64,000 bases of DNA from Alphaproteobacteria bacterium (GCA_965205265.1 CBDBGH010000003.1:864001-928000), one strand, 5' to 3'. Positions 31,600 through 42,553 are shown, counted from the first letter of the stretch. Numbers and translations: made by a program. Notes: a model not told the origin generated them from the sequence alone.

Positions 31600-33162
31600 A
31601 TGACCTTCCGCGCCGAGAACTGGAGCCTGCGCAAGCCCGTTGTGAGGTCCCGGCACGGCCTTGTCGCGGCGCAGGAGAGCGAGGCGGCCGAACAGGGCGC
31701 GGCGGTGCTCAAGGCCGGGGGCAATGCAGTGGATGCCGCGGTCGTCACCGCGCTCTCGCTCGCCACGACCGAGCCCTGGATGAGCGGCATCGGCGGCGGC
31801 GGCGTCATGCTGATCCATCTCGCCGGGGAGCGGCGCACCGTCGGCATCGACTATTCCATGACCGCGCCGGCGTCGCTCGATCCGGACCGCTATGCGCTCA
31901 GCGGCGAAGAGGGGCCGGAGGACGCGCTGTTCGTCTGGCCGCGCGTGGAAGGCGACCGCAACATGATCGGGCCGGAAGCGGTGGCTGTGCCGGGCGCCGT
32001 CGCCGGTTTCGCCATGGCGCTGGAGCGCTACGGCACGCTCTCCTGGGCCGATGCGCTGGCGCCCGCCATCGAGACGGCCGAGCGCGGCCTTGCCGCAAGC
32101 TGGTATGCGACGCTCCAGATCGCCTTCGGCATGAGCGCCGGCCTCGGACGCTATCCGGAGGCGCGCGAGACTTACCTTCCGGGCGGCGCGCCCCTCGTTT
32201 CCCAAACGCCGCATGCGCCGCTCCGCCGCCGGCTCGGCAGGCTGCCGGAGACCTTGCGCCGCCTGGCCGAAGCGGGGCCGCGCGACTTCTACGAGGGTGA
32301 GACCGCCCGGCGCATAGCGGCCGACATGAGCGCGTCCGGCGGACCACTCACGCTCGACGACCTCGGCGCCTATGAAGCCGTCGAGGTGGAGCCGCTCGCC
32401 GTGCCGCACCATGACGGGGTGGTGCGGCTGATGCCGGGCCTCAATGCCGGCCCAACCTTCGCGCGGGCGCTGGGCAATCTGGATCTCCGGCTCGACCGCG
32501 CCGCCGGCCTCGACGCCGCCGCCTATATCGCCTGGGCGGAGGCGCTGACCGAAGCCTATGAATACCGCCTCGCGCATATGGGCCATGACGGCGATGCGAG
32601 CGGGCGCGGCTGCACCACCCATCTCTCGGTTGTCGATGCGGCGGGCAATATGGTGTCGCTTACCAACACGCTGCTGGAGCGGTTCGGCTCGCGATTCATG
32701 CTGCCCGGCACCGGCATATTGATGAACAACGGCGTCTATTGGTTCGACCCGCGCCCCGGCCGGCCGAACTCGCTCAAGGGCGGGGTGAAGCCGCTCAACA
32801 ACATGGCGCCGGCGGTGGTGACGGAGCCGGACGGGACCGGCCGCTTCGCGCTCGGCGCATCGGGCGGGCGGCGGATCGCGCCGGCCGTCTTCCAGCTGAC
32901 CTCCATGCTGCTCGATTTCGGCCTCGACCTGGAAGACGCGGTCCACCGGCCCCGCATCGACGCGAGCGGCGAGGGCAGGGTGACGATGGACCGCGAACTG
33001 GCGCCCGAAATACGCGCCGCGCTCGCCGGGCGCTTCCCGACCGAGGTGACCGAAAGCGCCGTCGGCCAGAAGCTGTTCGCCAACCCGCAGATCGTCATGC
33101 GCGGCAATGCGGCTGCTGCGCATGTGCAGTCGCCGACGGCGGCGGTGGCGATCGGCGGCTGA
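31600..33162 (+). CDS. Gamma-glutamyltransferase family protein
   Basis: GGNAVDAA, SGIGGG, AVPG, TTHLSVVD, TGILMNN, GASGG. Confidence 0.92.
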   Translation: MTFRAENWSLRKPVVRSRHGLVAAQESEAAEQGAAVLKAGGNAVDAAVVTALSLATTEPWMSGIGGGGVMLIHLAGERRTVGIDYSMTAPASLDPDRYALSGEEGPEDALFVWPRVEGDRNMIGPEAVAVPGAVAGFAMALERYGTLSWADALAPAIETAERGLAASWYATLQIAFGMSAGLGRYPEARETYLPGGAPLVSQTPHAPLRRRLGRLPETLRRLAEAGPRDFYEGETARRIAADMSASGGPLTLDDLGAYEAVEVEPLAVPHHDGVVRLMPGLNAGPTFARALGNLDLRLDRAAGLDAAAYIAWAEALTEAYEYRLAHMGHDGDASGRGCTTHLSVVDAAGNMVSLTNTLLERFGSRFMLPGTGILMNNGVYWFDPRPGRPNSLKGGVKPLNNMAPAVVTEPDGTGRFALGASGGRRIAPAVFQLTSMLLDFGLDLEDAVHRPRIDASGEGRVTMDRELAPEIRAALAGRFPTEVTESAVGQKLFANPQIVMRGNAAAAHVQSPTAAVAIGG

Positions 33163-33746
33163 TGCTGGACGTAAGCGGCCTCGCCTGCGAGCGCGGCGGG
33201 CGCGAGCTGTTCCGGGACCTCGACCTTGCGCTCGCACCCGGCGAGGCGGCGCTGGTCACCGGGCCGAACGGCGCGGGCAAGTCGAGCCTGCTGCGCGTGC
33301 TGGCGGGGCTGCTGCCGCCCTCGGCCGGCGCCGTCGCCTGGACCGGCAGCGGCGAGGCGGCGTTCCACTATGTCGGCCATGGCGACGCGGTGAAGCCGGC
33401 GCTCACCGTTTCGCAGAACCTCGCCTTCTGGGTGCGGCTCGCGGGCCGGGGCTCGGTTGCGGCGGGCCTGGAGGCGGTCGGCCTCGCCGCGCTTGCCGGC
33501 CTGCCGGCCCGGCTGCTCTCGGCCGGGCAGCGCCGGCGGCTCGGCCTTGCGCGCCTCTTCGCGGCGCCCGCCCCGCTCTGGCTGCTGGACGAGCCGACCG
33601 CCGGCCTCGACGAGGCTGCGGCAACGGCCTTCGAGCGCGGCCTGGAGGCCCATCTCGCAGGCGGCGGCGCGGCCGTCATCGCCACCCATGTCCCGCTCGG
33701 GTCGGCGCCCGCCCGCCGCATCGAGCTCGGCGCGCCCCTCCGGTGA
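33162..33746 (+). CDS. ccmA: Heme exporter ATP-binding protein
   Basis: LACERGGR.LF, GPNGAGKS, LSAGQRRR, WLLDEP. Confidence 0.93.
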   Translation: MLDVSGLACERGGRELFRDLDLALAPGEAALVTGPNGAGKSSLLRVLAGLLPPSAGAVAWTGSGEAAFHYVGHGDAVKPALTVSQNLAFWVRLAGRGSVAAGLEAVGLAALAGLPARLLSAGQRRRLGLARLFAAPAPLWLLDEPTAGLDEAAATAFERGLEAHLAGGGAAVIATHVPLGSAPARRIELGAPLR

Positions 33747-34393
33747 GGCTGTTCCTCGCCCTGCTCGGCCGCGATCTCGCGCTCGCCGGCAGGCAGGGCG
33801 GGGAAAGCGGGCTGGCGCTGCTGTTCTTCGTGCTGGGCGCGGTGCTGTTCCCGCTGGGCCTCGGGCCCGATCCCGGCACACTCGCCGGCGTCGGTTCGGG
33901 CCTGCTCTGGGTGATCGCGCTGCTGGCGGCGCTCCTGTCGCTGGAGCGGCTGTTCCGCCCGGACTGGGAGGACAGTACGCTCGACCTGCTGGCCGCCCGC
34001 CCGGAACCGCTGGCGGCGGTCGTGCTCGCCAAATGCGCCGCGCACTGGCTCGCGACCGGCCTGCCGATGGCCGTCATCGCGCCGCTGCTCGGCTCCATGC
34101 TGGCCGTGCCGGACGAACGCCTCGGCCTGCTGGCGCTCTCCTTCCTCATCGGCACACCGGCGCTCACGCTCATCGGGGCGGCCGGCGCGGCGCTCACGCT
34201 CGGCGCGCGGCTCGGCGGGGTCTTGACGGCCGTTCTCGTGCTGCCGCTCTATATTCCCGTCCTGATCTTCGGGGCCGCCGCCGCCGAAGGCCGGGAGGGC
34301 GCGCTCGCCCTGCTTGCCGCACTGGCGCTGGCTGCGCTGGCGCTGGCACCGGCGGCGGCGGCGGCCGCACTCCGTCACGCCGTGGAGCAATAG
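33743..34393 (+). CDS. ccmB: Heme exporter permease
   Basis: LFPLGLGP, LSLERLF..DWED.TLD, LVLPLYIPVLIFG. Confidence 0.93.
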   Translation: MRLFLALLGRDLALAGRQGGESGLALLFFVLGAVLFPLGLGPDPGTLAGVGSGLLWVIALLAALLSLERLFRPDWEDSTLDLLAARPEPLAAVVLAKCAAHWLATGLPMAVIAPLLGSMLAVPDERLGLLALSFLIGTPALTLIGAAGAALTLGARLGGVLTAVLVLPLYIPVLIFGAAAAEGREGALALLAALALAALALAPAAAAAALRHAVEQ

Positions 34394-34398
34394 GACCC

Positions 34399-35127
34399 TT
34401 GGCCCGCAGCCTGCACCGCCTCGCCAATCCCGGCCGCTTCCGCCGCTTCGCCGGCCGCGTCCTGCCCTGGACGGCCGGCCTGTCCGCGGTGGCCTTCCTG
34501 CTCGGGCTCTGGCTGGCGCTGGTCGACTCGCCCATCGACTACCAGCAAAAGGACTCGGTGCGCATCATGTATGTGCATGTCCCGGCGGCGTGGATGGCGC
34601 TCAGCACCTATGCGGTCATGGCGCTGGCGAGTGCGGGCGCGCTCATCTGGCGCCATCCGCTGGCCGAGCTCACAGCCAAGGCGTCCGCAGCGCCGGGGGC
34701 GTGCTTTACCTTCATTGCGCTCGTCACCGGCTCGCTCTGGGGCCTGCCGACCTGGGGCACATGGTGGGTCTGGGATGCGCGGCTCACCTCCGTGCTCGTG
34801 CTGCTCTTCCTCTATATCGGCTACATGGCGCTCTGGCGGGCCTTCGACGATCCGCGCCGGGCGGGGCGGGCGGCGGCGGTGCTGGCGCTGGTCGGCGCGG
34901 TCAACCTGCCGATCATCAAGTTCTCGGTGGACTGGTGGAGCACGCTGCACCAGCCGGCAAGCGTCAGCCGCTTCGGCGCACCGGCCCTCGACCCGGCGAT
35001 GCTGCGCCCGCTGCTGGCGATGTATGCCGCCTTCCTGTTCTTCTGGGCGACGGTGCTGCTGCTCCGTATCCGCGCCGAGCTCGACGAACGCCGGCTTCAG
35101 GCGCTCGCGCTTCAGCGGTCCTCCTGA
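34399..35127 (+). CDS. ccmC: Heme chaperone/permease CcmC
   Basis: RIMYVHVP, WGTWWVWDARLTS (WWD motif), WWSTLHQ; TTG start inferred. Confidence 0.93.
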   Translation: MARSLHRLANPGRFRRFAGRVLPWTAGLSAVAFLLGLWLALVDSPIDYQQKDSVRIMYVHVPAAWMALSTYAVMALASAGALIWRHPLAELTAKASAAPGACFTFIALVTGSLWGLPTWGTWWVWDARLTSVLVLLFLYIGYMALWRAFDDPRRAGRAAAVLALVGAVNLPIIKFSVDWWSTLHQPASVSRFGAPALDPAMLRPLLAMYAAFLFFWATVLLLRIRAELDERRLQALALQRSS

Positions 35128-35609
35128 CGGAGCCGATGCACGGCCCAGGTCGAGAGCAGCACCGAGACGGTGAAACAGACGATGCCGGGTCCGGCCTGCG
35201 CGCTTGTCAGCAACTGTCCGTCCAGCACCAGCACGGCGACCGCGACGGCGAACACATCGAGCATCGAATATTTCGACACCGCGCCGAGCGCCCGGATCGG
35301 TCTTGCGTCCATTCTGCCGGTCAGCCAGGCCCAGACGGCAAGGGCCAGCTTCGCCGCGGGCAGGGCGACCGAGAACGTGCCCACCACGGCGGCGAGAAAC
35401 CAATTGCCGTCCCGGGCCAGCGCAGCGACGGAACCCAGAATCGAATAATCGGTCCCGAACCACAGGCGCTCGACCGTGATCGCCGGCAGGAACAGGCCCG
35501 GCGCCAGGAGCGCCGCCGAGAGCGCCAGCAACAGGCCCGTCAGGCCGTTGGGCTTGCGGCGGCGATGTTCTAGGCTTCCGTCTGGACCCTCAGCCGCGAG
35601 ACCGTTCAT
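35112..35609 (-). CDS. Paraquat-inducible protein A (PqiA) domain membrane protein
   Basis: SILG.V..L...GNWFLA..V..FSV..P..K, KYSMLDVF; start uncertain. Confidence 0.75.
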   Translation of the reverse strand: MNGLAAEGPDGSLEHRRRKPNGLTGLLLALSAALLAPGLFLPAITVERLWFGTDYSILGSVAALARDGNWFLAAVVGTFSVALPAAKLALAVWAWLTGRMDARPIRALGAVSKYSMLDVFAVAVAVLVLDGQLLTSAQAGPGIVCFTVSVLLSTWAVHRLRQEDR

Positions 35610-36123
35610 GGACCTCAAATCCTGCATCCGGACGATCCCCGACTACCCGAAGCCCGGCATCCTGTTCTACGACATCTCGACCCTGATCGGGAACGGCAGG
35701 GCCTGGCGCTACGCCGTGGACCGGCTCTGCGAGGCCGTCGAGGGTTTCGGCGCCGACCGGCTGGCCGGCATCGAGGCGCGCGGCTTCCTGGTCTCCGCCC
35801 CGGTGGCGGACCGGCTCGGCATCGGCTTCACCATGCTGCGCAAGCACGGCAAGCTGCCGGGCGATGTGGTCTCGCATCATTACGACCTCGAATATGGGAC
35901 CGACACCATCGAAATCCAGGCGGATGCGGTCCGGCCCGGCGAGCGAGTGGTGGTGGTGGACGACCTGCTCGCCACGGGCGGCACTTTCGGCGCGGGCATC
36001 GAACTCCTGCGGCGCATCGGCGCGGATGTGCGGGGCGCGGTCTGCATCGTCGAGCTCGCCTTCCTCAACGGTCGCGCGCGTATCGACGCGCCGGTCGTCA
36101 GTCTCGTCGCCTATGACGAATGA
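35608..36123 (+). CDS. apt: Adenine phosphoribosyltransferase
   Basis: IPDYPKPGILFYD, GIEARGF, YDLEYG, VVVDDLLATGGT. Confidence 0.96.
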   Translation: MDLKSCIRTIPDYPKPGILFYDISTLIGNGRAWRYAVDRLCEAVEGFGADRLAGIEARGFLVSAPVADRLGIGFTMLRKHGKLPGDVVSHHYDLEYGTDTIEIQADAVRPGERVVVVDDLLATGGTFGAGIELLRRIGADVRGAVCIVELAFLNGRARIDAPVVSLVAYDE

Positions 36124-36626
36124 TGGTTGAAATCCGGTCGATGCGGGCGGCGGACGGCCCGGCCGTGCTCGCGATCTACGGAGGCGGCATCGCCACCGGC
36201 CATGCGAGCTTCCAGGAGACGGTGCCCGCCTGGGAGGAATGGGACGCGGGCCATCTCGAATGCTGCCGGCTGGTGGCGGAAGAGGGCGGCGAGGTCGTCG
36301 GCTGGGCCGCGCTTGCGCCGGTCTCTGCGCGGCCGGTCTATGCCGGCGTCGGCGAGGTTTCGATCTACCTCGCGGACGGCGTGCGCGGCCGGGGCGTCGG
36401 CGACCGGCTGCTCGGCGCGCTGATCGAATCGTCGGAAGCGGCCGGCCTCTGGACCCTCCAGGCCGGCATCTTCCCGGAGAACGCCGCCAGCATCGCGCTC
36501 CACCGCAAATTCGGCTTCCGCCAGGTCGGCGTCCGCGAACGCCTCGGCCGCATGACCCACGGCCCGCTGGCCGGCGAGTGGCGCGACGTCATGCTGCTGG
36601 AACGGCGAAGCCCGACGGTGGTTTGA
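36120..36626 (+). CDS. GNAT N-acetyltransferase (phosphinothricin/ArsN-like)
   Basis: IATGHASF, SARPVYAGVGE.SIY, RGRGVG, IFPENAAS..LH. Confidence 0.88.
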   Translation: MMVEIRSMRAADGPAVLAIYGGGIATGHASFQETVPAWEEWDAGHLECCRLVAEEGGEVVGWAALAPVSARPVYAGVGEVSIYLADGVRGRGVGDRLLGALIESSEAAGLWTLQAGIFPENAASIALHRKFGFRQVGVRERLGRMTHGPLAGEWRDVMLLERRSPTVV

Positions 36627-36663
36627 GCGGCCCTGCCTCCCGATACAGCTTCGAGGCTGGAAC

Positions 36664-37581
36664 CTATCGCGCCCGTGGATCGGCAGGGAAGCCGGGGATG
36701 CCCCGGGCGTGGCGAACCGCGTCGCGGACGGCGTCCGCCACGGCTTGGGCCGCGAGTTCGGCGACGAGGTCGAGGCCGGCTTCGACCTCGCCGGTTGCGA
36801 GCGCGAAGAGCGCGTCGCCGTCGAGGCTTGTGTGGGCGGGCGAGACCGTGCGCGCGATGCCGGTATGGGCGAGATCGGCGACGCGGCAGGCTTCCGGCTT
36901 GCGCAGCCGGGCATTGGTCGCGACGCAGCCGATGACGGTATTCGACAGGCTGCCCGGCAGCGCGCCGTAGGGATAGCGCGGCACATCCTCCGGTGCGCGG
37001 CAGCCGGCGAGCACCCGGCCGTCTTCGCCGAGCACGCTGCCGAGCGCGTTCACGGCGACAAGCGCGCCCACCGCGAGGCCGCCCGACCGGCAGACGGCGC
37101 TGCCCTGGCCGCCCTTGCTTGCCCATTCGGACCCCGCCTCCTTGCCGACGGTGCAGCCCGCGCCGACGCCGACCGAGCCGCTGGCAGGATCGTCCTCGCT
37201 CGCCGCCTCGCAGGCCGCCCAACCGGCCTCGCGGTCGATCCGGCGCATGTCCGGGCTGCGGATGTCGAACACCACCGCCGCGCCCACAATGGGAAACCGG
37301 CTCCCCGCCAGCGCAAGCCCGATACCCTGCGCCTCGCACCAGTCCACCGCGCCGTCGGCGGCGCGAAGGCCGAACTGGCTCGACCCGCAAAGCACGACCC
37401 CGTGGCAGGCCTCGTTCGGCGCCGCGGGCCCGAGCACGGCCGCCTCGCGCGTGCCGGGCGCGCCGCCGCGCACCGCGATGCCGCCCACGGTCCCGGCCGG
37501 CGGCAGGACCGCGGTGCAGCCCGTGCGATGCTCCGGGTCGGTCCACATCCCGACCCGCATGCCTCTGACTCCAAGCGCCAT
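36664..37581 (-). CDS. Peptidase S58 (DmpA/P1) family
   Basis: TGCT, RGGAPGTRE, GSVGVGAG, NTVIG.VATNA, DGDALF. Confidence 0.88.
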   Translation of the reverse strand: MALGVRGMRVGMWTDPEHRTGCTAVLPPAGTVGGIAVRGGAPGTREAAVLGPAAPNEACHGVVLCGSSQFGLRAADGAVDWCEAQGIGLALAGSRFPIVGAAVVFDIRSPDMRRIDREAGWAACEAASEDDPASGSVGVGAGCTVGKEAGSEWASKGGQGSAVCRSGGLAVGALVAVNALGSVLGEDGRVLAGCRAPEDVPRYPYGALPGSLSNTVIGCVATNARLRKPEACRVADLAHTGIARTVSPAHTSLDGDALFALATGEVEAGLDLVAELAAQAVADAVRDAVRHARGIPGFPADPRAR

Positions 37582-37731
37582 GGAACCTCCGTCTCCTGGG
37601 TCCGGCCGGGCGCAGATTACCGCCGGGCCGCGCCTTTGGAATACACATCTTGCCCCGGCTGAGCATCGACAATGGAGAAATGCAACTGTAGGCTCCGCCC
37701 CTCGATTCCGCTTGTAGAGGATTGCGCGCCA

Positions 37732-38358
37732 ATGCCGTCCCGCATCGCTCTTGCCGCCCTGCCGCTGCTGCTTGCCGCCGGGCCCGCCTTCGCCCATCAC
37801 CCGCTGGGCGGCATGGTGCCCGAGACCTTTATGCACGGCCTGCTTTCCGGCATCGGCCATCCCGTGATCGGGATCGACCATTTCGCCTTCGTCGTGGCGG
37901 TCGGCCTTGCGGCGGCCTTCATGCGCAATGTCTGGGCGCCGCCGCTTGCCGCCATAGCGGGCATGACGGCGGGCTGCCTGCTCGCGGTCGGCGCGGTGGC
38001 CTTGCCGATGGTCGAGCCGGTCGTGGCGCTTTCGGTGTTGCTGCTCGGCGGCATGGTGCTGTTCGGGCGCAGCCTCCCGGCTCCGGCCGCCGCGCTGCTG
38101 TTCGCGCTTGCCGGGCTCTTCCACGGCGCGGCATACGGCGAGGCCGTGATCGGCGCGGAGCCGACGCCGGTCGTCGCTTATCTCATCGGCCTGGCGGCCG
38201 TGCAGATGGCGATTGCGCTCGCCGCCGCCGGCCTGGTGCGGGGCGTGCGGAAGACAGGCTCGGCTGCGGCCTTGCAGCCGCGGCTTGCGGGCGCGGTCTG
38301 CGCCGGCATCGGCCTTGCCTTCACGGTCGAGGCGCTGGAGGGTGCGCTGCTCGGCTGA
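37732..38358 (+). CDS. HupE/UreJ family Ni/Co transporter
   Basis: AFAHH, GIGHP..GIDH, GLFHG.AYG. Confidence 0.9.
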   Translation: MPSRIALAALPLLLAAGPAFAHHPLGGMVPETFMHGLLSGIGHPVIGIDHFAFVVAVGLAAAFMRNVWAPPLAAIAGMTAGCLLAVGAVALPMVEPVVALSVLLLGGMVLFGRSLPAPAAALLFALAGLFHGAAYGEAVIGAEPTPVVAYLIGLAAVQMAIALAAAGLVRGVRKTGSAAALQPRLAGAVCAGIGLAFTVEALEGALLG

Positions 38359-38386
38359 CCGCGCCGGACCGCTGCATCGCCGACGG

Positions 38387-38833
38387 CTATTGCTTCGGAA
38401 TCGTTTCGGCGAGCGGGGCGACGCGGACTTCCACGGTCACGGCGCCGGCCTTCTCGAACAGGAGCGTGAGCGGGAAGCGGTCGCCTGCCTTCAGCACACC
38501 CGTCAGGCCGAACAGCATGAGGTGGTCGCCGCCGGGCTCCAGCGCCGCCTCGCCGCCGGCCGGCACGTCGATGCCCTCCACCTTGCGCATCATCATCACG
38601 CCGCCTTCATGGATATGCGTGTGAATCTCGACGCGCGCCGCCGCGGGGCTTTCCGCGCCGACCAGCCGGTCTTCGCCGCCCATGTTGCGGATGGTGAGCC
38701 AGGCCGCGCCAGGCCGGGAGGGCAGCAGGATGCGCGCGCGAGCGTCCGCCACCGTCAGCGGGCCGCCTGCCGATGCGGGGGCAGCGGCAAAAAGCGACGC
38801 GGCGAGCGCAGCCGCCAGGGCGAGCCGCAGCAT
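38387..38833 (-). CDS. Periplasmic copper chaperone PCu(A)C
   Basis: Signal peptide; VEIH...MMMR...LEPGGDHLML Cu motif. Confidence 0.9.
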   Translation of the reverse strand: MLRLALAAALAASLFAAAPASAGGPLTVADARARILLPSRPGAAWLTIRNMGGEDRLVGAESPAAARVEIHTHIHEGGVMMMRKVEGIDVPAGGEAALEPGGDHLMLFGLTGVLKAGDRFPLTLLFEKAGAVTVEVRVAPLAETIPKQ

Positions 38834-40016
38834 CAGGCGGCGGTCAGCACGCGCAGGCCCCGGTCGAGGCCGTCGATGGAAAGCGGGAACATGCGGTTGG
38901 CCATGACCTCCTTGACGATCATGGTCGAAGGGGTGTGCTCCCAGCGGGTCTCGGGGCGCGGGTTCAGCCAGATCGCGTTCGGCCACTGGTCCAGCATGCG
39001 TTGCGCCCAGAGCAGGCCGGGCTCCTCGTTCCAGTGCTCCACGGAGCCGCCCTTGTAGGTGATCTCATAGGGGCTCATGAAGGCGTCGCCCACGAAGATC
39101 ACCTTGTAGTCCTTGGGATAGGTGTTGATGACATCCCAGGTCGGCGTGCGCTGCTCGTGGCGCCGGCGGTTGTCCCGCCACATATATTCGTAGGTGAAGT
39201 TGTGGAAGTAGTAGTATTCGAGATGCTTGAACTCGGTGCGCGCGGCCGAGAACAGCTCCTCGCAGACCCTGATATGGTCGTCCATCGAGCCGCCGACATC
39301 GAAGAACATCAGCACCTTGACGCGGTTGCGGCGCTCCGGGCGCATGACGATGTCTAGCAGCCCGCCATTATGCGCAGTGCTGCGGATCGTCTCGTCGAGG
39401 TCGAGCTCGTCGTCCTCGCCCACCCGCGCGAACTCGCGCAGGCGCCGCAAGGCAAGCTGGATGTTGCGGATGCCGATCTGGACGTGGTCGTCGTAGTTCT
39501 TGTATTCGCGCTTGTCCCACACCTTCAGCGCACGGCCCTGCCGGCGGCGGCGCTGGCCGATGGCGACGCCCTCCGGGTTGTAGCCGCCCGTGCCGTAGGG
39601 CGAGGTTCCGGCCGTGCCGATCCAGCGGTTGCCGCCCTGGTGGCGTTCCTTCTGCTCCTCCAGCCGCTTGCGAAGCTCCTCCATGAGCTTCTCCCAGCCG
39701 CCCATGGCCTCGATGGCCGCCTTGTCCTCCTCGCTGAAATACTTTTCCGCCTGCAGCAGCAGCCATTCCTCGGGAATGTCGTCGCCGAACAGCGTCGCCG
39801 TTATGTCCTCGACGCCCTTGAAGAACGTCCCGAAGACGCGGTCGTAGCGGTCGAAATATTTCTCGTCCTTCACCAGCGCGGCGCGGGAGAGATAGTAGAA
39901 ATCGTCGATATTGTACATCACGAGGCGCCTGTCCATCGCCTCGATCAGCATGAGGAATTCGCGGATCGTCGCCGGTATCTTCGCCTTCTTTACGTCGAAA
40001 AAGAAGTTGATGAGCA

Positions 40017-40017
<1 letters not shown>
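38833..40017 (-). CDS. VWA domain protein (MoxR partner)
   Basis: HQGG.RWIGT.GTSP, FFDVGGSMD (MIDAS), IFVGDA.MSPYE. Confidence 0.88.
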
Positions 40018-40871
<854 letters not shown>

Positions 40872-41052
40872 GGGGGCGCCTGTTTCCTTCCTCGCTTCGC
40901 TCGCGCAGGGGTCGGGCGGACCCTAAAGACGGTCCATTCCGTAATCAAGGCGCGGCGCGGTGACGCGGCAGGGCGGCTGAGGGAGCCGGCCGGCGTTGAA
41001 CGCCCCGCGCCGGTCGGCTAGAACCGGGGGACGGGAAGGGGAGGCACAGGCC

Positions 41053-41244
41053 GTGTGGGACAACGGGCTCGGCAAATATCTCTACGGGATGACGATGATC
41101 CTCTGCGCGGCGGGCTTCCTGTTCGTGGCGAGCCGGATGCACGGCGCGATGGAGTGGATCGCCTGGGCCGGCTTCCTCGCCTGCACGGCCTACGTCTTCC
41201 GGCTGATCGCGCTCCACACCCGCGAGCCGGGCGGCGGACACTGA
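41053..41244 (+). CDS. Small hypothetical two-TM membrane protein (63 aa)
   Basis: GTG after GGAGG; two hydrophobic segments; GC-rich third positions. Confidence 0.6.
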   Translation: MWDNGLGKYLYGMTMILCAAGFLFVASRMHGAMEWIAWAGFLACTAYVFRLIALHTREPGGGH

Positions 41245-41282
41245 GGCGGTAGAGGCGCGCCTTTTCCGGCAGCGGGTCGCGG

Positions 41283-42155
41283 TTACGTCCCGTCGTCAGA
41301 ACGGTGGCCGCCGCCTTTCGTGTAGCGACTGCCTTCCGGCCCGTATTCGGCAATCAATCGGGCGATCATCTCGCGGTCGATGCCTTCGAACGAAGGCATG
41401 CAGCCGCCGGGTTGCGGCGCAACCCAACGGCCTCCGCGCTCATCCGCCCGCGAAACCACGGCCAACCCGTCAGAAGCAACCTGCAGGCACCCGTACCGTC
41501 CTTCTGGAAGAGCGTCCAGGACCAGACGGGCTTCTGCGATGCTGGCCCGGAGCTCGGTCCCCATGTTCTCCAGCGGGATATCGAAAGTCGTGTCATAGCT
41601 GTCTTCGTCCCGTATCCGGGCGAAATGCCAATTGCGCGCTATCTCCTCCAGGAGCGACTGCGGACTGAATTCGGGGTCCTTGCCCGGCGCAGCGCACACG
41701 CTCCTCCAAAGCGGAATCGCATGCCGGTCCAGCATCCAGAGATCGATGAAGTCCCGTACGACCATGCGGTTGCCAGCCGCCAGCGCCTTGTTAACCGCCA
41801 GATCGGCGAAATGAAGCCGGAACCCGAATAACTCATCGGGAACGGGCCTGTAAAATTCCCGGCTCAGCCCGTGAGTCCATTGCAGGACTGTCCTGCCAGC
41901 CGCCGGCCTGGATACGATGCATTCTCTGAAACCGTCGCGGACCCGCCCCACAGACACGGTGTAGCCGGCGTTTTCGAGCGTTGCGATGTCCCGCCCGGCA
42001 ATGTCTTCCAGATCCCAGCCGGTGAAGATGTCCTGATCGTTGCTCAGCCGGAAGCCGTGCTGTTGAATTACCGCGCCGCCGGCGAACGGACTCCCGGTGT
42101 CCCTGTTGGCGCTGAGAACGGCGGCGATGGCCTTCTGGAACTCATCGAGCGGCAT
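41283..42155 (-). CDS. AbiEii/AbiGii-like nucleotidyltransferase toxin
   Basis: FAGG......RLSNDQDIF, DLAVNKALAA..R...RDFIDL. Confidence 0.8.
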   Translation of the reverse strand: MPLDEFQKAIAAVLSANRDTGSPFAGGAVIQQHGFRLSNDQDIFTGWDLEDIAGRDIATLENAGYTVSVGRVRDGFRECIVSRPAAGRTVLQWTHGLSREFYRPVPDELFGFRLHFADLAVNKALAAGNRMVVRDFIDLWMLDRHAIPLWRSVCAAPGKDPEFSPQSLLEEIARNWHFARIRDEDSYDTTFDIPLENMGTELRASIAEARLVLDALPEGRYGCLQVASDGLAVVSRADERGGRWVAPQPGGCMPSFEGIDREMIARLIAEYGPEGSRYTKGGGHRSDDGT

Positions 42156-42438
42156 TGCCGCCCTGCCGCTCGACTTCGCGGAGGATAGCGGCGGCCAGGT
42201 GGGCGGCCTCAAGGTCCCCGTAAAGGCGCAGCGCCCGCGCTACCCCGCACATCGCATTCAGCGTTGCGTCGCCCCGCCTGTTCCAGAGAGCCCGCAAGTC
42301 GTACTTGTCCCAGGCTTCCTTCCGGAGCGCCATCAGCCTGTCGCCGATATCGTCGTATTTCAGCGTCCGGCCTTGCCGGGCAGCACGTTCTTCCGCACGG
42401 CACACAAAGCGTCCGTCAATGTCGGCGGCGGTTGTCAT
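42142..42438 (-). CDS. Small hypothetical protein, putative antitoxin partner
   Basis: 98 aa, overlaps the toxin start by 14 nt. Confidence 0.6.
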   Translation of the reverse strand: MTTAADIDGRFVCRAEERAARQGRTLKYDDIGDRLMALRKEAWDKYDLRALWNRRGDATLNAMCGVARALRLYGDLEAAHLAAAILREVERQGGNAAR

Positions 42439-42553
42439 ATCGCTTCATCCGGCATGAACCGCCAGACTATATGAGGCTTCGGGAGATGTCAGCGCAGGCG
42501 TCCCGGTCGAAAGGGGCTGCGTCTCCCTGAAAATTCCGCCTGGGGCGCTGCGC

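Noticed and set aside
37582-37731. Cobalamin or NiCo riboswitch upstream of hupE/ureJ
   Set aside because: No B12-box or other recognisable aptamer; the region is short and shared with a divergent gene.
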